64,000 nt of DNA from Squalus acanthias (taxonomy: Eukaryota). How positions within the stretch are numbered: position 1 is the first letter of the stretch; every line of letters starts with the position of its first letter. The stretch covers positions 121,150,001 to 121,214,000 of the forward strand of contig CM059432.1 of NCBI GenBank assembly GCA_030390025.1, written 5' to 3'. The notes under the pieces are model-generated. The model had not been told where the DNA came from. It made no database searches and worked only from the letters and a program-made list of their open reading frames with translations. A program made the translations under genes and the position numbers. Of the stretch, positions 10,753-23,599 are shown piece by piece.

Positions 10753-13700
10753 TTAGTCCTCCAGACGTCTGGGACGGAATTTAACTCGACTTGAGCGCCG
10801 CGGGACAGACATATTCGGGGTGTCACTGTTAGCCTCAGGAAAACCTTCCTCCGTGGTTGATGACTCTATGACACCCTCTGTGGACGTGGCTTCCGTCGTT
10901 GTTGCAGGAAGCAGGCCGTCACTGCTTGGCAGAGGTGGCGGAGACAATGGTCTAGCCTTTGATGTCTCAGTTACTCTCGCTGGAGTACGACCCCGTAGCT
11001 GGTCTACGTGGCGTCTGTGTAGCTGGCCATCAGGTGTACGGACGCTGTACGACAGGGGACCCGTGGCCTGCTCCACCACGGCAGGCATCCATTTGTCTCC
11101 TCCTGTATAGCAATGGGCAAACACAGTCTCTGACGGCTCGAACTGCCTGGCGGTGCCCTGGTGCTTCTTAGCCAGCACCTCTTGTTTTGTGTGCATCTCG
11201 TCCTTGTAGTCCGGGTGTAGCCGGTCCAGTGCAGTCGCCAGCCGGCGACCCATCAGCATCTCAGCAGGACTCTTCCCCGTTGCTGAGTTTGGTGTGGTAT
11301 GCTGTGATAACAGGAACCTGGCCAATCTGGTTTGCCAGTCCCCCACCGATATCCTCACCAGTGCCTCTTTTGTGGTTTGCACCATCCTCTCTGCCTGCCC
11401 ATTAGAGGAGGGGTGATAGGGCGCTGTGGTCACGTGGCGGATCCCGTTTCTGCTTGCAAAAGCCTTGAACTCCGCTGACGTGAAGGCTGCTCCATTGTCT
11501 GAAACCAGCACATCGGGGACCCCATGTGTGGCAAACAGCAAACGCAACGTGTTGATCACTGCCCTGGATGTCATGGAGTTCATAATAGCCACCTCCAGCC
11601 ATTTCGAATGCGAATCAACCACTATTAAAAAGACCTTCCCCTGAAAAGGCCCTGCAAAGTCAACGTGGAGTCTTGACCATTTACGAGTGGTCCACTCCCA
11701 GGGGTAAAGGGGAGCCTTGGGTGGGCTATGGCGGGTCAGCTGACATGTCTCACAGCTCTTTACCACCTCCTCCACGTCTTGGTCCAACCCCAGCCACCAG
11801 ACGTAGCTTCTCGCCAACGCCTTCATGTGCACAATCCCAGGGTGTGAGTCATGCAGCATTTTCAGCACCTCCTCTCTTGCGGCGGCAGGAACCACCACAC
11901 GGCTTCCCCAGAGCACACAGTTCCTGTGTGCAGACATTTCATGGCGCCTCTGAACGAAGGGCTTGAAACGCTCCTCCTGGACCTCGGAGGGCCAGCCGTG
12001 CAGCAGCCAGCATAGCACCCGTGATAAGACTGGATCCTTCTGTGTGAGGCTGCCAATCCGCTGGGCATGGAGTGGGGCCTCCGGGACCTGCTCCAGTAGC
12101 AGCACCTCCAGGGGTGGTGGCGTCTCAGCCATCGGCCGGTTCAAAGGCAAGCGACTCAGAGCATCAGCATTAGCCAGCATCTTCCCAGGCCTGTAGCAAA
12201 GTTCATAACTGTAGGCCCCCAACATCAGACTCCACCGAAGCATACGCGGTGATATGATCAGGGGCATGGGCTTGGAGTGATGCAGGCGCCCCAAGAGTGG
12301 CTTGTGGTCCGTGTAGATGACGAACTGTCTCCCTAACAGGTACTGGCTGAACTTCTTTACCCCAAATATGATGGCTAAGGCCTCCTTGTCAATCTGGGCG
12401 TAGTTACGTTCTGTTGTTGAGAGTGTTCTTGAGGCAAAACTGATAGGCGCCTCCCGGCCATCTGGCTCTATGTGACCCAATAGAGCTCCCAGCCCGTATG
12501 GTGAGGCATCACACACCAACACCAATGGTTTGTTTTCATCATAGTGTGCCAGAACCTTATCTGCTTGTAGCAGTTCCTTTGCCTGTCTGTAGGCTGTTTC
12601 ATGATCTGAGGTCCAGTTCCACACTGTTGCTTGGTCTAACAGCCTGTGCAGTGGCTCTAAGATTGTGGCTTTGCCCTTGAGAAAACAACTGTAGAAGTTT
12701 AACAGTCCGAGGAATGCCTGCAGTTCGGTCTTGTTCTTGGGGTTGGGAGCGCTCCTGATAGCCTCCACCTTCTCCGTAGTCGGATGCACACCGTCTTTGT
12801 CCACTCGGAATCCCAAGAACTCCACCCCATTGGCAGCGAACACACATTTCTCCTTCTGAAGGCGTAGTCCTACCTCAGCCAGCCGGCGTAGTACTTCCTG
12901 CAGCCGCTCATCATGGGCTTCCTGTGTCTTGCCTGTAATTAGTGTGTCATCCAGGTAAGGCTGAACTCCCGGAACACCATCTGAAAGATTGCCACAGCCG
13001 TTGACACCCCAAACTGCAGCCTTGCGTCTCGGAAAAGTCCTCTGTGGGTGTTGATTGTCAATAGCTCGGCTGACTTTTCATCCAGGACCAGTTGCTGGTA
13101 TGCTTGCTTGAGATCCAGCTTGGTGAACAGGGTGCCTCCAGCCAGTGTTGAAAACAGCTCTGTAACTGTTGGTAAGGGATACACATCTGGTAGCACAGCA
13201 GTATTAACCGTACATCTGTAATCTCCACAGATTCGCAGGCCCCCATCCTTCTTTGCAATGGGCACGATAGGGGTGGCCCAACGGGAGTTCTTCACTGGTA
13301 TAAGAACCCCTTGGTTCACCAGCTTATCCAGGGTCTCATCCACCTTCTTGCGCAACGCAAAAGGAACTGGTCGCGCCTTGACAACTTAGGCGCTACCCCT
13401 GGGTCCACTTCGATTGAGACTGGCGGTCCCCGACAGGCCCCGAGCTCACCAAAAACCTCTTCATAGTTCTCCAACATAGGCATTATGGGCTGTCGCTGTA
13501 CCGTGTGTACTCCTGTCACTCCAATACCAAGGGGCTCAAACCAATCTCTGCCCAGCAGGCTGTGCCCTGCCCCGCCACCACATAAAGCGGAAGTGTGTCC
13601 TTGACTGCCCGATACTTAACTTTCACATGAATCATTCCCAGCACTTGGAGTTGGGCTTGGGACCACTGCCGTAGCATGCCACTGACCTGAGCCATCACCG

Positions 13701-14674
13701 GGGGTTCACTTGGCCACAGCCTATTGTAAGTCTCTTCACTTATCAACGAACACGCTGAGCCTGAATCCACCTCCATGCCGAGTGGTGCCCCATTCACGAT
13801 CACATTTGCTGTGTATCCCCACCGTCTGTGGTGTCGCTGCTCAGCTTCCGTGGTATACACTGTATACTCATCGTTGTCCTCCCGTGTCAGGGTGTGTGTC
13901 TGCGATGCTTGTGTTGGCTCTGCTGCAGCAGCCTGAGTTTTCTTCATGCAGACACGAGCTATGTGTCCTCTTTTCTTACAGAAATGACATACCGCTGACA
14001 CAAATTTGCATGTAGTGGCACCATGGAGAGCCCCACAGCGGAAACATTTTCTTCCTGTCTGTTTAGTTGCCTCCCTGTCACTCGCAGCATCAGCTGTGTG
14101 TGTGGTCTTGTGCACACCCTCGGCGGCCCGAGGTGGCGCTGCTTCTATACGTAGCATACCGTGTGTTCATCGACGCAGCCTCTGCTGCTAAAGCCTTCTC
14201 CTCGGCCAGTCGGAACGTCAGGGCCTTGTCCGCTAACAGCTGTTTCTGCAATGCCGAGTCCAGCACTCCACACACAATCCGATCACGGAGCATATTGTCT
14301 AAATGGTCACCAAAATTACAATGTACCGAGCGTTTCCTCAACTCAGCAATGTACCTTGAAATAGATTGTCCAGGCTGTTGTTTACAATTGTGAAAATGGA
14401 AACGCTGCACAATTTCTGAGGATTTTGGGTTGAAATGTTGCTGCAGTATTTCTATCAAGTCCTTATAATCCACCTCACTAGGTTTACGAGGAACCACCAA
14501 TGAACGCAGGACAGAGTAAGTAGCCGCTCCGCATACACTGAGCAACACTGAGCGCTTCCTCTCTTCTTTGTCAATATCATTGGCCTCCAAGAAACACCCC
14601 AGTCTTTCTGCGTATTCCTCCCATGAACTGTCCTCATCCCCAGAGAACTCTTCAATACGTCCCAAGGCCGTCAT
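10753..14674 (-). pseudogene. gag-pol: gag-pol of the Mag-like element, split by about four frameshifts
   Basis: Gag WEEYAERL...LRDRIVCG; two Zn knuckles (CFRCG..H...C, CHFCKKRGHIARVC); protease VDSGS; RT ICGDYR and PYLDD (~12960); RNase H CDAS; integrase HH-CC, DFAGP, SDNG, ERMV. Confidence 0.93.
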
Positions 14675-14843
14675 CGTGTTAATGTGCGCTGTCCCTTTAA
14701 GATCCACGTGGTCAGAGTTACAATAGCTAAACTCACGTTAGTTGCCTGGATGTTATTAGCTGGGTGGCCCGCTCGTCGCAATATCCAATATCAGATTCGT
14801 AGGTTCGCGTCTATCTCCGTCCTTCTAGAGAGTCCGACAACCG

Positions 14844-14854
14844 CCTCGTCGCCA
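14844..14854 (-). promoter_or_regulatory. Primer-binding site, tRNA-Ser(GCU) type
   Basis: TGGCGACGAGG 1 nt inside the 5' LTR; complementary to the 3' end of vertebrate tRNA-Ser(GCU). Confidence 0.8.
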
Positions 14855-14855
14855 G

Positions 14856-15078
14856 TTTTGCGTCTTGACCTAACATTCATTAGTCAAGGAGACAGGATGT
14901 CTTTTTACTATTTATTAAAACTCTGTAATAGGACATTACATTAAGAACTGTAACAGACAGCCAAACTTCTCTCCCTGAGGTAGGGGATCCAACACGCCTG
15001 GGCTTGCCCCTCAGGCTCCAGCCCCTCCCTCTCTGTATGGCCGGGGGACTGGGTCAAAAGCAATCTCAAAACACAACA
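14856..15078 (-). repeat. 5' LTR of the Mag-like element
   Basis: Begins TGTTG on the minus strand, contains AATAAA, repeat of 10506-10728. Confidence 0.95.
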
Positions 15079-15361
15079 GTGCCCCCCTCCTTTTCGCCTG
15101 GCGCAAGCAACGACAGGGAGACTGGAATGTTTCCCAGTCGGTGAGGGGCTGGGGGGAGCGCTATTTAAAGGCGGCCTCTTTCTGGCTTTTTCTGTGGTAG
15201 ACATTTTTGCACCACTCATTCTGACAGAGAGAGAGATTCTGAGAGAGAGATAGAGAGACTTCTGCATAGAGTCAACGCTGTGTGAAGTAGTTTTGGTTAC
15301 TGATCATCACTTTGCAGGTACTTTTGGATTTGACCTTCATTACTTCGATTGCCAAGAGAGT

Positions 15362-16524
15362 ATGGGGGCTGCACTGATTGGGGGCGTCGTCCTGCGCCTG
15401 CAGAATCGGAGGCAACAGAGACGCAGAGAGAGAGTGGCAATCATGGCCAGACGGAGGAGGGCCAACAGGCCTCTGCACAGGAGACCTTACCTTCCCAGGG
15501 TATTCCGGGAACAATTCTCCTGCATTAATTTGTCTGAGGAGCAGTGTTTGCGCAGGCTGCACTTCAGCAAGGAGGTGGTCACTGAGCTCTGCCATCTGCT
15601 GCAGCCACATCTGCAGCCTCAACTGAGGACCAGGATGTCTCTGTCGGTGGCAGTGAAGGTCACAGTGGCTCTGAACTTTTATGCCACCGATTCCTTTCAA
15701 GCAGCTACTGGGGTCATCGCCAATATCTCCCAGTTTGTGGTCCATTGCTGTATCCGTCAGGTCACAAATGCCCTCTATAAAAGGAGACGCCAGTACATCT
15801 CTTTCCCCATGACCCGGGCCAAACAGCATAAACGCGCATTGGGCTTTGCGAGGATAGCGGGCTTCCCCATGGTGCAGGGTGCCATTGAATGCACGCATGT
15901 GGCATTGCGGGCACCGCATGAGAATGCAGAGGTTTTCCGAAGCCGCAAGGGGTTCCACTCTTTAAACGTCCAGTTGGTCTGTGACCACAGACAGCTGATA
16001 CTCGCTGTCAATGCCCGCTATCCTGGCAGCAGCCATGGTGCTTTCATCCTGCGCCAGACTGCTGTGCCAGAACTTTTCCAGGCACCGCATCAGCCAAGTG
16101 GTTGGCTCCTCGGGGACAAGGGTTATCCACTGTGCACCTGGCTGATGACACCGCTCCGTAAACCCAGCAGCCCTGCTGAGCTGTGGTACAATGAGAGCCG
16201 ATCTCACCACCAGGAACATTGTTGAGCAGACGATCGGTGTGCTCAAGCAACGGTTCCGCTGTCTGGACCACTCAGGTGGAGCCCTGCAGTACTCGCCTGA
16301 GCGAGTCGCCCTCTTCATAGTTGTGTGCTGCGTGCTGCATAACCTGGCAATCCTCAGGACCCAGCCAATACCACCAGGGATTGGTGCACCACCAGAGGAG
16401 GAGGAGGAAGAGGGAGGAGGAAGAGGAGGAGGATGATCAGCAGCAGCACCAAGGCGGGAGGGAGGCCCATAATGTTAAAACTGCAAGGGCCGTCCATCAA
16501 CGGCTGATAACAAGCCGCTTCTAG
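15362..16524 (+). pseudogene. Harbinger (HARBI1-like, DDE_Tnp_4) transposase with frameshifts
   Basis: LSEEQCLRRL, GAIECTHV (first catalytic D replaced by E), KGFHSLNVQLVCD, YPGSSH, LLGDKGY; frameshift near 16200, then VEQTIGVLKQRFRCL...CCVLHN and an acidic tail. Confidence 0.92.
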
Positions 16525-16809
16525 GCCCCTACTGAGGAAATGACTTCTGGCATGGAGAACAACATGATGGAAAGCAACCCAAGGCAGCAATGATTCCAAA
16601 GGCCAAACATGTATATTTTGAATACAAAAACTTTTTTATTTTACAAACTGTGTGTGTGTCATTTCTTGATGACAAACTAATAGAAACAAACACAAAAAAT
16701 CATTCATTAACATAACTGGTTCTCACAACCTGGAGATAATGTCCAAAACACTAAACAAAAGTTTGAACACGAACCTCGGCCTTTAATAAAAAATTGACCA
16801 ACATTTCGT

Positions 16810-18681
16810 AAAACCTCCTACTTTTTGCCCTTCGAGGGTGATCTCCATCCCTTGCGCACTTCCCCCCTTCCCACCCTACTGCTCCTCCGTAATGGGACCC
16901 CAGTGGCTGCAGCAAGGCTGGTGGAAGGCTGCTGATTGTCAGAATCTGACTACAGCCGCCCTTGAAGGACGGCCTCGACCAGCTCTGGGCCTGGAGGGCC
17001 CGGCTGCAGACTGCACCAACTCTGCATGGGCGGCAACAGTCTGGGCTACAGGCGGTGGCAAGTGCAATGGGGAAGTGACAGTGGTGGCAGCAGGAATGCT
17101 GTCATTTTGAGAGAGGACAGCAACTCCCTGCTCGACCGAACCACTGCCTCTCCCACGGGGCAGCACCTCAGCATCCAGAGCAATCTGCTGGAGCACAGAT
17201 TGCTGGTCTGCTGCGGCGTGGTGAGAGCCCTGGGGAAATGTGTCCGAACCAGCGAGGATGGCAGCAGTCAGTGCTTGCGTGGCCTCAATCTGAGTCTGCA
17301 TGAGAGCAGACTGAGATTGGATCATGGCAGCCAGTGACTGAATTGCAGCACTAAGCATTTGCGTGGCATCCGCCTGTGCGTAGTGCTCCACACTCCTTGC
17401 CAGTGATTCAATGCATTTGGGCACCCTCCCCATTGCACCCATGAGCTGAGTGTGCATGTCCACCGCCTGGGTGTTCATTTCAGCGATGAGCCGCTCCTCC
17501 TCTGCGTCCAGTGCAGCAGGACTCGCTGGCCTACATCCCTCCGGGGAGAAGGCCCCCAAGCTTCCCTACCCCCATCGCGTTGCTGCAGCCCGCTGGGTCC
17601 CGGAGCTTCACCCACATCAGACCCTTCACCCCTGCTCCTCTCCAGGGAAGACATGGTCCCAGTGTCGGCATGGGCTTCCTCGGGAGAGGGTGGCGCTGAT
17701 GCTCCGGCTTCATCTTCCTCCTCGCCCGCAGCTTCACTCCCACTGGCAGCTTCAGGGCCCGTCTCCTCAGCTGGTGAATCACCATCTGAAAGCAGGGAGG
17801 TACAAGAGTGGCTTTAGCGTGAGGACAGGGGGGCAGTAAGGGAGGAAGGAGTGCAGCGATTTAGTAAGTTGGATTGAAAGTGTCAAAGGCTGGTGTTGTG
17901 AGGGACAAATGGAATGAGAGAGGAGAGAAAGCTGATGACCTTACCATTGCTGTCCCGAACGGGGTCGGCCTCTCCAGGGGCGACAGGACCGATCACCTGG
18001 CTTGCCACAATCCTATGGACGTGCGCCTCAAGATCGCTGAGGGGTTGGAGCTGAGGCCACCCTCCACCCATCCGTTGCTGCTGTCTCCTATTATGAGATA
18101 GTTTGGCCTGCAAGAAAAAGGACGGCGTCTGAGTAAATATACAGCCATGGTCTTGCCTGATGTGCCTCCCATAATTGAATAGCCCTTAATGTATGGATCT
18201 ATGGTCTTGCCTGATGTGCTTCCCATAACTGAATAGCCTTTAATGTATGGAGCCTTGGTCTTGCCTGATGTGCCTCCCATAGTTGAATAGCCCTTACTGT
18301 ATGCAAGGTGTGGAATGTGCGTGTGTGTTTCATGAGAGGGCCATAGGTGTTGGATGAGTGTTGGGCATTGGGGTTTTAAGACCCGCTGGCCATAGAGTGA
18401 GGTTGAAATGGAGGGATGGAGAGGTGTTAAAAAAAAGCCACTCACCCTGACGACCTGAGTGAGGTCGTTGAACTTTTTGCGACATGAGTATGGGTCCTGG
18501 GCACCATATTCCTGGAGGAGATGTGCTGAGCCACCTCCCTCCACACTCATCTGTAGTCGCGCGGAAAAGGCCTCCTGCCACTCTCAGGGAAGAGTATAGA
18601 TCTTCTGCGCTCCACCGCACCAACCAGAGCCTCCAAGGCCCGCTTGCTGAAGTGCTGAGCTCGTTCTCTCACCCTCTCCAT
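16810..18681 (-). pseudogene. Harbinger Myb/SANT-like DNA-binding gene, three exons, disrupted
   Basis: ATG at 18681 MERVRERAQHFSKRALEALV...VWREVA...CRKKFNDL, donor GTGAGT ~18445; exon 2 AKLSHNRRQQQRMGGG (~18107-17945); exon 3 from ~17786; in-frame TGA and a frameshift in exon 1. Confidence 0.85.
18147..18303. repeat. 54-bp tandem repeat, ~3 copies, in Myb intron 1
   Basis: Units start at 18147, 18201 and 18255 (ATGGTCTTGCCTGATGTGCCTCCCATAATTGAATAGCCCTTAATGTATGG...). Confidence 0.9.
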
Positions 18682-20438
18682 AGTCCTTGGCTGGAAGATT
18701 TAGTCACAGGTCTCTCCAGGCCAAGATTCAAGGCTCCAATGAGCAGGGTGTGGCTGGAGAGCAAGATCAACCCTCCCCTTTAAGAACTGGCCGGCACCAG
18801 TGTGTCTGTGTTCCATCGCTATCTGACATCACCTGCACTGCGCCCGCGCTCTGAGTTAGCGCCTCGCTCCTCGCCCTTTGCGCCTTAAGACAGGTGTGCA
18901 GCACCTTATTTAGCGCTCCAATCACCTCCAGGGGTGATAGAAGCCAAGTTTGCAGTCGGAGGCGATAATTAGCGCCAGGCGCTAAACTTTGCGCCCGGCC
19001 GATAATTGCGCCCCAAACGGGGCGATACCGAATTTCTCCCCCTTGGATCAATATATTACCTGCAGGAATGAGATTCCATGGTTTCAATTGTCTCCTTTCT
19101 GGGCCTCCAGGGCTGAGTGGCATTGTAGGAACATAAATCATGTCATTAATCGGGTCCTTACGACATGAATTAGCAGCCCTAAATGGCTGCGGCAAGATTC
19201 ATTCGTATTTACGGCGCGACTGCAGCAATTTCTTGAAACTCATGGGGAGGTTGACGGCGAGATCCCGTTTTTGCGAGTCTAACAGTGGAGCGACGCAAGT
19301 CGTCTGCAGCATGAGGTGATTCGCAACTCCTGGCGCAGCCTCTTCCTCGCCACAAATTGCTGGGGGGTTTTTGTATGCACTAAAAACGGCATGTGCCATG
19401 AACGTGCCTTCATATTTCTGAGCTTTCATGTTTCTCATCAACAATCAGGGCCAATTTTATGAGGCATGTACACTTCTACAGTTTTTTTTTTACAGCTGCT
19501 GTACTACCTATAATACAAAGTGATGTTTAACAAAACCTCAGATCCCTGCATTGTAGCCTCCTTTTTATCTGCTGTTCATACTGCTAGGAGTTTGGGTACA
19601 ATTGTAGCAATAATCCCTTGTGATTTCATGTGGAACTTTCTGAGGGCTTGACCTGACTCCCATTTTTACTAACAAGTTCAGTTTCAGTGCTGGGCACGGA
19701 TTAAATAAAAAGCAGTCTGCTGACAGAAAGAAAAGAGTTTGTCAGATACTACAGTCAGGCAACATGCTGGAAGCAATCTCAATAATAATACACATAATTA
19801 ACTCAGCCTCAGCAGCTTCCACTCTGTATACTTAGCTCACCACAGCAAACTGAATCAAATAAATACTTCTGTTCGTCACACATAAACATCTTCCCTCAGT
19901 GGCAGGCATGCTACTTGTTAAAGAGGTTTCACGTAATTGAACCCGGTATCAATACACATACTCCGAACTGAAACAACTGCACAGCATTAACCGTTACATA
20001 GCCGATGAAAGAGAGAGGTGGAAAGAGTGTGTGAACGGGTCGATGCCTCATGTAAAAGAGGGTCTGCTTGAGCTGCACCTTAATTGTACTGGGCGCTCTG
20101 TCCTGTATGTTGCTTGTCAAACTCATGGCAGGCGAGTCCTCGAAAGATAGTTTCCTACCCCACAACCCCCTGCCACAATGACATTGCGAGAGGGTGAGGA
20201 GTCAAGCTTCCCACAGCTGTCACGATGTCACCGTGATCTTCAACTGGCTTCTTGTTACGCTCCCCCCTCCCCCACCCCCACCGCCACATTGTCCATTGCA
20301 GAACTCCTGCTTTCTCTTGTACACCTTATTCTCATCTGCAAATATGCTTCTGAGTCAACTAGGTTTAATTTAAATGTTTTTCTAACATTTTGAAATACCA
20401 TACCACATCAATGTTTCCTCAAGAATCTTAAACACTTT

Positions 20439-21620
20439 GGGGGTTATTTTGGGCAAAGGGTGAAAACAGGCACTAAGTAGGTGCTGTGCTAATAGGACTA
20501 ACCTGTTTGAAAGTCTGGTTTTAGCCTTCAATTTTGGGTCTAATTGCTGATTACCATCATTTAAACGTGTCTGGAGGCGCTAAAATGGAGATCTGCACAT
20601 TTAGCACTCAAGCGCTGATTAGGAGCAATTTTTGTGGAGTGTTCTATGTAGCCTCCATGCACACACTTTCACCCAAGGTGTGGAGTGCGCTGGATGACAG
20701 ACAATGGCACATATCAGGATGACTCAGGGACTGAGGGAGAGGAGGAGGGATGTCCTGTATCTGCAGGGGGGAAGGAGGCCACAGAGGCAACTAATGCGGC
20801 GGATGTGGGATGAGATCATCCAGAAGGTCACAGCCATGAGCCCTTCCCCTAGGACATGGCTCCAGTGCCACAAGACATTTAACGATTGGACACGAGTGGT
20901 GAAGGTAAGATCCCATCTCTCAAACACATTTCTCAATAACTGCACCACCACCAGCATCACAACCTCAACACACTGCATCCATCATCTAACTACACACTGA
21001 CATTCACACATCCCACACTATTGCATTCGACACAGGCACGACTCACACCTCATACACATCTCACAGCTCTTCAACCATGTGAGGCATCACACACACAAAC
21101 ACAGCTGCCAATACACTCATTCACAATTACCACCCTTTCTCCTCCAGGACAAGATAACACATAACTGGCGCCAGCAGGACCTGACCGGGGAGGGAAGCAC
21201 GACTGCATGAGATCACTCCCCTTGAGGAGGCAGTGCTGGTGGTGATCGGGCAGATCACTGGGCTGGCTGGACAGACGCCCCGAGGTAGTGGCGTGGGAAT
21301 TATGGAGTAGGAACCTACTGGTCTTTCTCCGGATGGCAGCATTCCTGCTCCCTCCCCCGCCATTCCAACATTACCCTTGCAGTTGCCTGTCAGCCGGGCG
21401 GCCCAGACTGCTCAAGCCCATGGTGAGATGGTGCAGTCTGAGGTGGGGCCATCACGGCCCACAGCCTCTCAAGGGCTTCGCAGGAGCACATCTGAACTGC
21501 CCTCTTCAGAATCTCAGCAGCCATCCACCTCGCCTGCTGCTGCTACTCAGGTTGCATTTGTAGTAGCACCAGAGTAGGCAAGAACACTTATAGATAGCAA
21601 CTAAGGGTAAGCACCAGGGT
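20439..21620 (+). mobile_element. Harbinger remnant with Myb/SANT gene fragment
   Basis: Same terminus as 5524; RRDVLY...MWDEIIQKV...WLQCHKTFNDWTRVVK|GTAAGA; exon 2 DKITHNWRQQ after ctccag at ~21147. Confidence 0.75.
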
Positions 21621-21744
21621 GAATAGTTTAATATTTGTAAGTGCTGTTGCTTCTGTCATGTTTTCATTGTGTGATTTTGCTCTAGATAAAGAGTGATTAT
21701 GGCAATTGCATAGTGCTGGAATTAGTGGTCCTTTTTCTTGTGTT

Positions 21745-22748
21745 ATTGCAATTCTCTAACCTGACCTTCAGCGACGACCAATGCTTGAGACGTCTGCGCT
21801 TCACTAAAGAGGTCATGACTGAAATCTGCCAACTGCTGCAGCCACACCTCCAACCTCAGAGTAGGGCAAGGACGGCATTGCCAGTGGCTGTCAAGGTGAC
21901 CGTGACGCTGAACTGTTATGCGTTTGGCTCCTACCAGGCTGCTGATGGAGGTATAAGCAACATCTCACAGTTTGCAGTGCACTGCTGCCTAAGAGAGGTC
22001 ACTAAGTCTCAGAGACAAGCAGGTGGAGCGAGCACGAGGATTTGCTCAGTTTGCAGGCTTCCCCATGGTGCAGGGTGCCAGTGACTGCACGCACATTGCC
22101 CTCCATGTGCCTCATGACAACTCTGCCATTTTCCTGAACCGAGAGGGATTCCACTCGCTCAACGTGCAGCTGGTGTGTGACCATAGGCAGCACATCATGC
22201 AGGTCAATGCCCGGTATCTTGGCAGTAGTCACAATTCGTTCATGCTGCAGCAGTCCTCTGTGCCAGCTGTGTTTGAACCACCACGGCAAGTCAAAAGCTG
22301 GATACTGGGCGACAGGGGTTATCCACTCATGACATGGCTCATGATTCCAGTCCAGAACCCACACACACGTGGGCAGCAGATCTACAATAGGAGCCATGTT
22401 GCCACAAGGAACATTATCGGGCACACCATTGGCGTCCTCTAGTAACGCTTCTACTGCCTGGACTGCTCTGGAGGAGCCCTACAGTACTCAGCTGAGCTGA
22501 TCTCAAGATTTGTGGTAGTATGCTGCATGCTGCACAACCTTGCCATAATGAGGGAGCAGCCCTTGCCGCCACCTATCAGATGAGAAGCTGAGGAGCAGGA
22601 GCAGGAGGATGACGAGATGGATGTGGAGGAGGAGGAAGTGGAGGAGGAGGAAGAGGAGGAACAGGAAGAGGAAGGGCGGTTGCAACGTAGACAGCCCCTT
22701 TCTGCCCAGGCTGTACGTGATCAAATAATTCATGAGCAATACCAGTAA
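21745..22748 (+). pseudogene. Harbinger transposase, 5'-truncated, with stops and deletions
   Basis: QCLRRLRFTKE, GASDCTH, GFHSLNVQLVCD, WILGDRGYP, CCMLHN, acidic tail; homologous to 15362-16524. Confidence 0.88.
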
Positions 22749-23370
22749 CCTCAACCACAACTCCCCATTCACCAATAGTCCCACACTCCTTACCTTTCCT
22801 CTGCCACTGACCATCACATCGTCCTGTTTCCTACAATGCAAAAATAAAAACAAAATACACATTACAATCTAAATTTATAAATTAAATCATGACATAGTGC
22901 ACACAAAAATAAACAAATCACCCTTGTGCTTTCCCTTAATGCCTCTTCCGTGTGCCTTTGCCTATCCTAGTGCTTCTATGAGGTGCTTCGCCAGTACTAC
23001 AGCATGGCTGGTGGAAGGCTACTGAACTCCAATTGAGAAGACAGCAGATGGCCTTGGAGGGCGACCTTGAGCAGCTCTGGGCCTAGAAGACTCGGCTTCA
23101 GGCTGCACCATCTCAGCCTGGGCGGCAGCATTCTGGGCTGGCTGGCTGACAGGCAACAGCAAGGGCACTGGTGGAGTGGCAGTGGTGGGAGGACGAATGC
23201 TGTCATCCTCAGAGAGGACAGCAGGTTCGTACTCCACTGAGTCACTGCCACTCTCCCAAGGTGGCGCCTCAGTAATCTGAGTAATCTGTTGGAGAACAGA
23301 TTTCTGGAGTGCTATGACACCCTGGAAGCCCTTTTGAACACCGAAATCCAGAGCCATGATGGAAGCAGTC

Positions 23371-23599
23371 TGCGACATGAATCTGTCATTCATGAAAGAA
23401 AGACTTATGAAATAATACTGAGTGGCCTGCAGGTGGCGCTGTCCAGGGAGAGTATAAATACTCGGGCACGGGCCCAGCTTGCGCAGGACATTCTTAACAG
23501 GAACTAGTTAAGGACACAACTGGACCTCCATGTTGTAAAACAGTTGATTAAAGCTTTGTTTAATGCTTAGACCAAGTGCCTAGTAGTTTTCTTACGTCA
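23371..23599 (+). mobile_element. Probable small solo LTR (~230 bp)
   Basis: Interrupts the Myb remnant; TG...CA ends, TATAAAT and ATTAAA in order; TSD imperfect (CAGTC/CACTC). Confidence 0.5.

Larger units (their letters stand above)
10506..15078 (-). mobile_element. Full-length Ty3/Gypsy LTR retrotransposon, Mag-like
   Basis: 223-bp LTRs, 5-bp TSD GTGCC (10501-10505, 15079-15083), tRNA-Ser-type PBS, PPT, gag-PR-RT-RH-IN order. Confidence 0.95.
10310..19042 (+). mobile_element. Structurally complete PIF/Harbinger DNA transposon (mutated), interrupted by a Gypsy element
   Basis: TIRs GGGGGGAAAATTCGGT / ACCGAATTTCTCCCCC; TSD TCG/TTG; convergent DDE transposase and spliced Myb/SANT genes. Confidence 0.9.
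9937..19424. mobile_element. Harbinger-type MITE (~750 bp of own sequence) split by nested insertions
   Basis: TIRs AGCCCAGAAAT / ATTTCTGAGCT; TSD TTC at 9934-9936 and 19425-19427. Confidence 0.65.

Noticed and set aside
15362..16524. Domesticated host HARBI1 gene
   Set aside because: Lies between TIRs with a TSD, is frameshifted and has a substituted catalytic Asp
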